The notes under the pieces: model-generated
What the model saw: the letters and a program-made list of their open reading frames with translations, nothing else
What the model was told of the DNA's origin: nothing
Database searches by the model: none
Part shown: positions 36,506-48,700 of the stretch, in pieces
Layout: each line of letters begins with the position of its first letter
How positions within the stretch are numbered: the stretch's first letter is position 1
Translations under genes and position numbers: made by a program
NCBI RefSeq assembly: GCF_006345805.1
Contig: NC_042997.1
Location: 56,606,001 to 56,670,000 of the forward strand
DNA: 64,000 bases
Direction of reading: 5' to 3'
Source of the DNA: Octopus sinensis
Taxonomy: Eukaryota

Positions 36506-38329
36506 TTTCCAGTCTGGCACAGGTTGGGCAGTTTGACAGAAGCTGGCTAGGCAGAAGACTGCACTGGGCTTCAGTGTCTGTTTTGTCATAGTTTTTATGG
36601 CTGGAAGCCCTTCCTAATGCCAACATTCTAAAAATAAGATCTGAAAAGCTGCAAGATAATGCATGATTAACTCAAAATAATACAAATAAATAAGCATTGC
36701 ATTTGACAGAGTAATCCGAATGCCATGATAATGAGGTCTAAGTTTGGATAAGTGAGTTAAGGAGTAATGTAGAATGAGAGGACATTCTGGTAAACAGTAT
36801 GTTTGGTCATCTCTAGAATCTTGTTTACAAGAAAACTGATCTGACCTTTCAAGTCAATGATCCCAGAATAGTAGTTTTTGTGCATATTGGCAACGTCTGG
36901 GTAGGATTTTTTTATTCAAGCTGCAAAAAAGATGTGATTCTTGTACACATTTATGATCAATTTCTTTTCGTCTTCATTTGGATGATTGTGCACAGAGGTA
37001 ACCATTTCTGAGGAACAAGTGATGAAGATCCAGTTATTTCAGCCATGTCAATCAACACAAGTTTTGTTGCGATAAAGATAGTTTTTATCATTTCTTTCAT
37101 TATCTGACTAGTTTTCATGTTGGTGATTGAGGTCTGAGAATTTTTATAATTAATAGCCTAATTAATTTAGAAAAGGAGGGTGGCAAGCTGACAGATCGTT
37201 AGCATGCTGAGGAAATGCCTAGCAGCATTTCATTTGTCTTTACATTCTGAGTTCAAATTCCACCAAGGTCAACTTTGCCTTTTATCCTCTCAGGGTTGAT
37301 AAATTAAGTACCAGTTAATCTCTGGAGTTGTTGTAATCAACTTACTTCTCCTCTAAAATTACTGACCTTGTGTCAAAATTTGAAATTACTATCTTAATTA
37401 ATTTAGAAAGAAGCTGAGTATAGACAAATGTTGTTTTTTGGTACTTCAAACATTAACAGAAACATTGTTTAATCTAAATAAGCTCTAAATCTGCACTGAT
37501 CTCTGAATCAGATCCATTATATGTGGAAGAACAAAATGTCAATGAAGTAAGTTGCACAATTCTGGAGGTCTTCATGTATTTTCACTTTTACTGAATGCTA
37601 GTCACTTTGCTCACAACCATGAGATAAACTTGTAGCTGGGGTAAATATATTCTCAATACGAAGCCATTGGATTGTCCAAGGATGATGACAATAGACACAA
37701 TGAGCTTACATTTTGCTTTGTGACTCCTTCACTCCACCATACACCTTTAGAACAGTGATGGAGGAGAGGGGTTTACTGCACCTACAGCTGAATAGAAAAA
37801 AATGTTGAAATAGCATAATTTGCCAGTGGATTATGTACTTCAGCTCATGGTGAACAATATGTTTAGAGGAGCCAAGCTGATGACAGTGAAATTTTTACTA
37901 TGGTAGGTATTTCACTCAATTATCACTTCTGTGAGGGTATGTTTGTTCCAGAGCTTTTCATTTACAGTAATGTCATGGTTGTTTTGTGTTGCTTAAAACT
38001 CTTTAGTATTCAAACCTACCACATCTGGCTTAAATATTCAACCTCCTTTATGTTCAAACCACCCAGATCCAACCTATCACACCTACTATACAATCATCAT
38101 CATTCAACATCCGCTTTCCATTCTGGCACGGGTTGGACAGTTTGGCAGAAGCTGGCTAGGCAGAAGACTGCACTGGGCTTCAGTGTCTGTTTTGTCATAG
38201 TTTTTATGGCTGGATGCCCTTCCTAATGCCAACATTATAAAAATAAGATCTGAAAAGCTGCAAGATAATGCATGATTAATTCAAAATAATGCGAATAAAT
38301 AAGCATTGCTTTTGACAGAGTAATCCGAA
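36506..38329. repeat. Direct duplication of a 215-bp composite block (36506-36720 and 38115-38329)
   Basis: The two blocks are near-identical, including the junction between an RTE-tail fragment and an unrelated repeat (taatgccaacatt-taaaaataagatctgaaaagc). Confidence 0.85.
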
Positions 38330-39800
38330 AGCTAAAATGTTAAAACATTGAACTATCTCCTGATGTGGTGTATAATTAAGAAAGTGTACAAGCTTTATTA
38401 TTACTTTTTTGCACATTTTTAATATTACTGTTTGTTTACTTTTGTAAATTATATTATCTTATAGGTTTAAAATTAATTAATAAAACAATCCCATTTATCT
38501 AAGGTAATAGAAATAAGTATTTAAATTATAGAAAGTAAAAAATGTATACTGACATGTACTGAGCAGAAATCAAAACTTTACTTCTGCCAAGCACTTATAC
38601 TTAAATCAAAGTTTTCTGACGTTGGTTGGAGTTATCGGACATAACTGATGACGATGATTCTTGCAGAGTACGGCTTCTTGTTGAAAAGTGTGTAACTCAA
38701 AGGCGAAGTTTCACACAACATGATTTATTTTCATTACATTTACAATTATAAATCAACCACTTTGGATCGAGGAAAATCAACATATAATTTTAACTGTATG
38801 CATTTGTTGACAATCTACTTAGCTTTTTGAAATTACTACTGAGGAAATGGTGTGTGACAGATGTGATAGAAAGGGTAATCTGTAAATGTGGTAGACATGA
38901 CAATTAGATAGATAAATCAAGTGTGAGTAGATGAATGTCAGTGTGAAACAAATAAGTGGGTGAGAAATGAGAGATGTTTACAGTAGTTTTCGTTTGACCC
39001 AGTGACATCGTTTCTCGTTCAGCCCCCAAACCGTCTGCAACAGGCTGTTACCATCGCTAGCAGGGAATTGAACCCCTTTGGCTGGTGAGTTGATCGTATT
39101 TATAACAGTCTGCAGCCGATAGAAAGATGGACAAACCTTAGCTAAATATCAATTCAGATTTAATTTCACCTGGCTAGTCATTAAAAAACTCATCAATCAT
39201 TATTCTAATTGACAGGGCAAAGAAGTTTTTCCCGCCGCAAACTGATTTGGTGGGCGAAAGTGCGACCAGTAATTCTGAGATGCAGTTTCAAATCTGAGGC
39301 GATAGAACTGATATTCGTTCTTTATATGTCCACAAAGAAATTCATAGATTTATTATTTTATTTTATTCTTAATTTCTAACGACAGAGGAAATTAGGGACA
39401 TTAGAGTTATTTCCCTTGATCTACATATTTCCTTCGCGCAGTTCCCTGCCGTTTTTAGTCAACTGGTATCAAGCGGAAGATAAAAAATGTGGGTGCGTCT
39501 TCGTCAAACAGATGTATAATTTATTTAGTTACTGCGATAAACACCTGTCTAACTGATTAATTCCCCTTTCTTACTGTTTTATATCGATTGCACTATGAAG
39601 TTTTATATATTGAAGTTCCCGCTGTCATGCAACCAGTTGAGACTTACACCCTCACGAAAGCTGTTTCACATATAACGCAACAAAACACTCGAAAAATAAT
39701 TTTTATTTATTGCTGCAGTTTCGGTTTTTTCTCCTGTTATTTATATATATCTTCAATCCTGTTATTGAACTGATTTGGAAGAGAAATACCCCAGAACGGC

Positions 39801-42651
39801 ATGGGTTTTTATAATATTTTGAATGTTGTTACAATAGTGTTGCTAATAATTGTCGGGCAATGCCGGTCCTTAGAAGTTGACCAAAGTGGATATATAGTCT
39901 ACTGTCCTTGCATGGGTAAGTAATATTTTTGGGATGATTTTTTTTGTAATTTTTATTACTTATTTATATGGGTGCTGTTTCGGAATAACTATTACTATCC
40001 TATGATGGACGAGGTGGGGGTTAGGGAAGGTAAACTGTAAAAGATCCTATTTCCTATTGTACGAAAAACAGGAATACTAAAAGAAAAAAGTTTTTTTTAA
40101 ATATCACCCAGCCCCTTGCCCTTTTTCTTACCCACGAGGTAGTGATTGTTATTCAAAAACTTCGCCCAAGAACGTTCAAAAGTTATACCCGATTTGTCAC
40201 TGGTTTACTTTAAACTTACGACGAAGTTTAACCATCTTTTCTAGCACGAGCGAAATATTTTGAGTTTCTGGTTTTCAACATCAAGGGATGGTGTTGTATA
40301 ACCTCAGGTCTGTACCTTGGGCTAACCAAGTGTCTTCACTGTTGCCTCAGGTGAACCAAAGCCTTATGAAGTTTGGTTGACGGAAACTGGTCGCATTCAC
40401 TGAGAAAGCGCAGTTCGCCAAGTCTGTAGGGTAACAGATAACTAGCTAGGAGGTCGGCGGTTCATATATGCTCAGCATTGGATTGAGCCAATAGCTATAA
40501 TATTGAACTCTCAAAACGGTGCGGTAACCGAATTCATTTACTTTCGTAAGGAAAATTTAACTTCAAATAACAGCAATGAACACATCTGTACCCTACCAAG
40601 AAATCCTTTTGGACGTGGATGTTCACCAGTTGACAGATTTGAATCGCCAATGTTTGCCTTTGTGTTAGGGTTTTAGTTACTGCAGCTTATTTGTTTTTTG
40701 ATATTATTTTTGTAATTCCGTTCCTGAGTAACTTAATTAGTTTATCTCTTTAACCATTGATCTCTAAATATTACTTCTATCGCGCACGTACGCACAAGTT
40801 GGTTTGGAATTTTATGTCGTTTTGCACATTTACTTAGTGATTCACTTAGATCTGTGGTACTTAAACCATTTTTTGCCTATTGATCCCTTTGGTTCTTATT
40901 TTACACGGCTGGACCCTCATAGCTGTTCAGTGTTTAAAAAATCCTATTATTATATCTTTATAGCTAAATATTATAAGGAATTGTATTAAAAAAAATTAAA
41001 ATGTTTTGTCTGTTCTAGAAGTATAACCAGTTTATTGCACATACATTTTAACAACAAAATTTTATATGAATCCTAAAGATTATTTAACCAAGACATGTTT
41101 TACAGTGACTAATATTGGTACTACTTAAGAAGAGTGGTCGCGATGCGCGCACTCGCGTACTCACGCATCCGCGCTAGCTAGTCGCGACTAGTCGATCCTT
41201 TGTTTTTGTTTTATTTACTTTATTTAAAAAATTATTTACTTTGTGTTTTATTTACTTTGTTTTAAAAAATATATTTACTTTGTGTAAAAAAATTATTTAT
41301 TTTGTTTTTATTTACTTTGCTAGGTAGTCGTTGTAGGATCGACTAGTCACGACTAGCTAGCGCGGATGCGCGAGTGCGCACACCGGGACCACTCTTCTTA
41401 AGTAGTATTATCTCAGAGTTCAAATCTGAAAGGGTAAACTTTCTTTCCAGCTATTGATGGGAATAAGAGCAATACACTGGGATTAATTAGGCGAACAAGA
41501 CTCATTCCCCTTAAAAAAAAACTCTATATAAAGAATTAAAAGGTGAAAGATTAAGCATGTACAATTTTCTTGCAAATACACTTATTCCCTTATCTTCAAA
41601 TTTTGATCTATATCAGCTTCAAAATATTACTGGATCCCATATTTACTTTCTGGTTACCTAGCTGTAATAGGTAAAAAATGAAGTAACTCAATAAAATATT
41701 GCTGATCAGATAAATAAATCCAATCAAAGTTTGACTAATATATATATATTTCTTTATTGCCCACAAGGGGCTTAAACATAGAGGGGACAAACAAGGATAG
41801 ACAAAGGGATTAAGTCGATTACATCGACTCCAGTGTGTAACTGGTACTTAATTTATCGACCCTGAAAGGATGAACGGCAAAGTGGACCTTGGCGGAATTT
41901 GAACTCAGAACGTAGGGGCAGATGAAATACCGCTAAGCATTTCGCCCGGCGCGCTAACGTTTCTGCCAGCTCGCCACCTAGTTTGACTAATATATATAAC
42001 GACTTTATTAATTGTGTTGCCTGTAGCTAACTGTCCATATAAAACAAGGTTTCATTGGGAAAGTAACTTATTTGATACTGAATAAAACCATTTGTTATTG
42101 TCTTTGGATTTATTTGGCAAAGGGAAAATGGAACATTTCATTTACATCTTTTACATTTACTTGAGCAATACAAGTGAAATGAAATGTTCCCCAAATGAAA
42201 ATCATAACAGATTAGTGAACCTGTCTTATCTATTTCATGGCTCTTGGCAGAATATCACTGTACAAAATGATTTTGTTATTTGGTTTCAAAACTCCAGATT
42301 TATATTTGGGAAAAGAAAATGGTATTTTGACATGTCTGTATCTTTTGCAAGAACATTAAACTTGAAATAGGATAGCTTTAAATGGATATCATATGTTTCT
42401 ACTGGTGGTAGTTATTTTTATAAGTTTTGAAGAATAAGAATGGAGAAAATCACATCTTTAGTTGTTCATTACACCATACAGTACTGGCAATCATATCTGT
42501 TGTGCCAGTATATTTAGATACAGAAAATATCAGTCAAATTAATATATCCAAAAATATATGTTAGCACAACATTATTAAAGCAATCCAAAATTGGCTAAAT
42601 TCAAAGTGAAATGAGAAAATACCTACCTGGATTTTCTTAATCCCTTTTACC

Positions 42652-42709
<58 letters not shown>

Positions 42710-45700
42710 TGAATAAAATGAGACAACAAAGCCAAGGCAATGTGAAATTTCTAGGACACTTATAAAGCTGCTTCAGGGATATAATGGATATCCTATCATG
42801 AGAGAGTTAAATAGAAGGAAATGGTAGAGTTCAATACAAGAAGTTATTTTGGAAAGGGAGAGATATAGGAAGTATAAAGGGAAGTATAAATGTAATACTA
42901 CCTTCTATTTAACTCTCTAATATCATCTCAGATGATGGGATATCCTTTATATCCCCGACACAGCTGTAAGACTACCTTTTTCTTTATAAATGTCCTAGAA
43001 ATTTCACACTGCCTTGGCTTTGTTGTCTCATTTTATTCAACATATACACACTCACATACGTCCTGCATTAGACTCCTTACTCATACCAGGAGTCTAACAG
43101 CAGTCCTTCCATAGCACTTACATAGCCTTACCTGCCTTTTGGATACCAAAACCTCTTATACATATATATATATATATATATATATATCTATATATATATA
43201 TATCATCATCACCGTTTAATGTCTGCTTTCCATGCTAGCATGGGTTGGACGGTTCGACGGGGGTCTGGGAAGCCAGGAGGCTGCACCAGGCCCAGTCTGA
43301 TCTGGCAGTGTTTCTACAGCTGGATGCCCTTTCTAATGCCAACACACACATAAGTGGACTAATGAAGGAGGTACTCAATACATTTAATAGTTGTTGGTCA
43401 AGCACTGAATGCATTTAACCTTGCCACACATTAAAAATATTAATTTTTTTTTCAGTTTTTTAATTTCCATTAATTTTCTTAAACTTGGTTAAAATTGCAT
43501 ATATTTTGTTAAAATATTCATTGTATTAGAACCTTTATTTTCATATATGTCTTATAGCATAATAATTAATAATAAAATCTTTTAACATTATTCACTCCAG
43601 AATCTCTTCATGTTCACATTTTGCTTGACTCCCTATTTGACTCTTACTTATCTTCTTCTTTCTGTTTGTTTACTCTCTCCTGCTTATTACCTTTCTCTTT
43701 CTATTAGTCATCCTCTCTTTATATATCTATCATTCTATCTGTCTCTCTTTCTGTATGTCTCTCTCTGTTTTTTTTTCTCTCTGTCTCTTCTGTTTGCTTT
43801 TCTCTCCACCACTCTTCCTCTTTCTATGTTTGTTTACTCTCTTTTCCGCTTATTCTCCTTCCCTTTCTGTCAATTATGTGTCAATCTTCCTGTCTATCTA
43901 TGAGTCCTCACCTCTATACTTATTTTTCTGTCTATTTGTCTCTCTATATCTATCTTGTCTTTTTGTTTGCATTTTCCTCTTACACCCTTCCTCAATAAAA
44001 ATTAAAACGTTGTGGTGGTCTTTCCCCCACAAAAACCAACAATCACCTTGACGTGGTAGAGGGGTGAACCAGAAATTGGACTAATGATGGCAATAGTACT
44101 TGAATGATAATATAAATAATAAATGATATAATATAATCTAAAAAAAACAAGAAATTTAAATGGAAAAATTTCTTGTTTTACAAAAAAAGGGTTCAACAAA
44201 ATGTTCAAACTTTAAATTTTTCTAAAAAGCAATTGTTGTTTTATAAAATGTTGAGCCTTCAAAAGTTAGAAACATAGAAAGTGGAAGAGAAAAGCAAACA
44301 GAGACAGACAGACAGACAGAGAGAAAGAGCGAAAGATAGATATATAAAGAGGGGGTGACTGATAGAAAGGGGAGGAGAATAAGTAGGAGAGAGAGTAAAC
44401 AAACATAGAAAGAAGAGTGGGAGAGGGTATCATCAACCCAAGTACTTAAGTGATACCTATTTTATCAATCCCAAAGGGATGAAAAGCAAAGTTGACCTCA
44501 GGGGCATTTGAACTCAGAACATAAAGACAGAAGGGTGGCTTTTTGTCTGGCATGGAAACAAATAATAAGAATTGTTTCAAATTTTGGCTCAAGGCCAGCA
44601 ATAGTAAAGGGTAGGGTAAGTTGATTACATTAACCCTAGTTTCAACTGGTGCTAATTTTATTGACCCTGAAAGGATGAAAGGCAAAGTTGACTTCAGCAG
44701 AATTTGAACTTAGAATGTAAAGGTGGAGGAAATGTCACTAAGCATTTTGTCTGTCTTGTTAACAATTCTGTCAGCTTGCTGCCTCAACAAATGATAATAA
44801 TAATAGTTTCACATTTTGACACAAGGCCAGACATTTTGTGAGAGAGGAGATAAATCGATTACATCAATCCCAGTGTTCAACTGGTACTTATTTCATCAAC
44901 TTCTGAAAAGATGAAAGACACAGTCGACCATGGTGGAATTTGAACTGAGAACGTGAAGACAGACAAAATGCTGCTAAGCATTCTGCCCAGCATAATAATA
45001 ATAATAATAATAATAGCAACACCTGCGGGCTTCTTTCCAAATCATTGGTGGGACTCAAATGTCACATTCAACATAAGCATTATGACTGGCAAAGAAAGTG
45101 TAGGTGGTTGGATCCTCATACTTCAAAACCAGTGAGAGATTCCATCATCGTCATCTATATATACATATATGTATTTTAAAATTTCGCATAGGCATAGGGA
45201 GACTAATAACCTGGTGTAGAACTCAATATACATATGGTCTAGAACACAATGTTAGGTGAGTATACAGTGGTATAGGAACAAAAAGATGACACCAGAAAAA
45301 AAAAACAAAGTTATGTAATAAACCTCATTAGCTCTATAAGATGTGGTGAACTCCTAGCTGACTTTATGTCTAGATGTGGTGGACTCTCTGCATGACTATA
45401 TGTCTGCGTAAGTTTTCTTCTTTTTCCATTCTGGTATAAGCATGTATATATCTGCATACTTTTTTTCTACTTTTGGACAAATCTTTCCATGGGCATCAAC
45501 ATCAACTTCCTCACTCCTAATGCCTGTATGTTCTGAAAATGTAATTTTCCCAAATAAAGCACACTTCATATTCAAGCCTTTGATGAAGCTAAGAGTCTAC
45601 CACATCTTATAGCAGAAACAGCTGTAAGCTAATGAAGTTCATTACATGAGCTTAGCTTTTTTCTGGTGTTATCCCTTTGTTCCTGTACATACATATATAA

Positions 45701-48700
45701 TAGTCTATGATTATTAGTGACATTTAATGCACATCATATCACTGAAAGACGTTTTAATGCTTAGCACAGAATTATATTTATATATTATATGTATAACATA
45801 TCTAATAATAAAATGTTATGACGTAAAGCTGGAATAAAATCAGTCTTTGTTGTGACAAATGTCCAAATTTTGTAATTTAACACGTGATATTTATACATAC
45901 TTTTTTCACTAATATTTATATTTCTGAAGTCATACCATTTTCTAAACAAGAAAAACTACTTAACTCTTCATTTCCTGTCATCACCTGTCAAAATTGATTA
46001 GAAGAGTGTTAAACAAAATACCTGCGATGTTAATTTAATTGTGCCACTTTTTGTATTAATTTAAAATTCTGTTGAAGTCAACATTGCTTCATTTTTCTGG
46101 AGTTAATAAAATAAATTATCAATCAACTGCTGGGGTTAGTTTAATACTTCTATAAGGCCTCTTAGATATAATCATCAACATCATCATCATTTAACTTCTG
46201 TTTTCCATGCTGGCATGGGTTGGACGGTTTGACAGGAGCTTGAACAATTGTGAAGATCTTATATGAAACCATTGGTTGCCTTGTTAATCCACATATATAT
46301 CAGAGTAGGCACATAAATGCAAATCAAGGTGGAAAAAATAGTATTCGAATACCAGAGGTAGAGCAATGTTTTATAAAAATGCAGCAAAAATATCACAAAA
46401 TCTGTTACTCAGAATTTCATGTTCCCATTCATTGGACAAAGACTGTCCGACGAATGGGAACATGAAACTGAGTAACAGTTTTTGTGATATTTTTGCTACT
46501 TTTTAGTATATATATGTGTGTGTGTGTGTGTTAGGCAATAACAGTCGAATTCAAGACAAGCAGTAACAGAGGAATTCAAGACAGGATGCCCCTGGGAGAG
46601 TCTTTATGCTGATGACCTTGCTCTAATAGCTCAATCACTATCAGAAGGAGAGGAGAAGCAAGATCTAGAATTGAAGGGCCTTAGAGTCTTAATAAGCAGG
46701 AAGGCAGACAAATCCCAAATCTCTTCAGGTAGATGGCCCTGCTCAATCTGTAGAAAAGGCATAGGTAGAAACTACATAAGATGTACCCAGTGTAAGCTAT
46801 GGTCATATAAGAGGTGCAGCAATATCAAACGAAGGCGAGCTGGGAAGATAGAAATATTAAGAAATGCACCCACTACACTGTTGGAGTGGTTGGCGTTAGG
46901 ATGAGCATCTAGCTGTAGAAACTTTGCCAGATCAGATTGGAACCTGGTGCACCCTTCTGGCTTGCCAGCTCTCAGTCATACTGTCCAACCCATGCCAGCA
47001 TGGAAAGTGGATGTTACGCAACGATGATGATGATGAAAGAAGAAAATAGTCTATAGCAGTCCTTTGCAATTGTATGGATATCCAGAGGTAGCATATTAAC
47101 AATTTTGCAACTATTGTCAAAAGTAAAAGCAATAAATTTAGTTTCCAAATATATGTAAAGCTTTTCTAAAATGTTCCAAACTAAATTTAGAAATCCCTGT
47201 GGCAACAAGAAGAGTATCATCATATAAAACATGCAAGCCTAATTGATAAAGGAACAAGCTAGCCAAATCAGTAACTTGTGTGAAATCAGACGATCCCATT
47301 GTTATATCAGAATAGTTATTATTTGACGTTCTACACCATGTCTTATTGTTAAAAGAAAATAGTCATTAATATTATGTCAATATCTAAGGTGGTGAGCTGG
47401 CAGAATTGTTTGTATGCCAGGAAAATGCTTAGTGGTATTTCATTTTCACATTCTGAGTTCAAATTTTGCTGAGGTTGACTTTGCCTTTCATCCTTTTGCA
47501 GTTGATAAAATAAGTACCAGTTGAGGACTGGAGTCAATGTAATCGACTTGCTCCTTTCCTTGAAGTTGTGAACCTTGTGCCAGAATTTGAAACCAATATT
47601 ATGTCAATATCTAAAAGAGAAAGAGTTGTTTTTCTAGCAAAATTGAGAGCTTTGTTTAGTAAAAGCAGAGACAAACAACTGTAGCTTAAATTGACTTATT
47701 CCCTATTTATATGTTATTATCAATTTATTGTATAACTATGTATGCATAATGCACATTACTGCATCAATTTGTCACTAATTTCCTGAAGCATCTGCAAAGG
47801 ATTACCATAGATTTTCATTTTTCTCCTCCATTGTATTTTCACTTATGTTACCTTTGGACATCAGTACATTTATGAAGGACTACCATGTATGATCTTCCTT
47901 TTTTGTTTATATTTATGTCAGTGTGATTCATTTATTAATGCTTTGATGCCATGAACAACTACTTGTCCATCTTTATTTTATCTATCCATCTATCTGTCTA
48001 TCTATCTATCTATCTATTATATATATATATATATATATAATATTAGGGAGTATAACTCCAAACTTACAGGGAAGAATTCAATTTAGTATTAAATCAAATT
48101 TCACAATATAAATATATAATATATATAAATTAGAGAAAAACCACTATTATGTAATTCAAACAATGATTAGACGTAAATCATACCATATAGAAAAACTAAA
48201 AAATATGATAAAACATTTATTTATCTAGATCACAAAAAGTACATAATAATAAATAAACAGTATGTAATTAGTAAGATGACTATGTATGTTTCGTGGCTAT
48301 AACTTCAATTCGAATTACATTTAAATTTAATCAATCCAAAAACAATTAAATTTAAAAGTATAGTCACTCCTCAGGTCAACAATAATAGTTAAATAAATAT
48401 ATATTTTTAATAAATAATCAAACAGAATTAAACAATATTTCTTAAAGAAATAAAAACATGATTCTTCTTATAGAAGAAACTCTGTTAACTAAATTTTAAA
48501 CTACTTTTAAAAGTAGGACCAGGTGTTTATAATACATTTAATCATGTTAAAAACTAAATGTGAAAAAATAGAGTAGATAGATAGAAATATGTATATTATC
48601 AGTGAAGATATATTTTAGCTTTGAGAATAATCTAAACAAACTATAGTATATCTTTACTGGAAAAATATAAGAATCCAATTAATTAAAATAAAAAATACTA

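Noticed and set aside
39040-39085. GGTTCAATTCCC T-loop-like motif on the minus strand (possible tRNA)
   Set aside because: No acceptor stem, D-arm or anticodon arm could be folded around it.
46383-46497. pre-miRNA interpretation of the hairpin
   Set aside because: The arms are copies of a hammerhead-like repeat unit and no small-RNA evidence is available; an inverted repeat is the simpler explanation.
48250-48330. Further hammerhead-like motif (GAAAC-atacata-GTC) on the minus strand
   Set aside because: The CUGANGA box and stem II are too degenerate to support.
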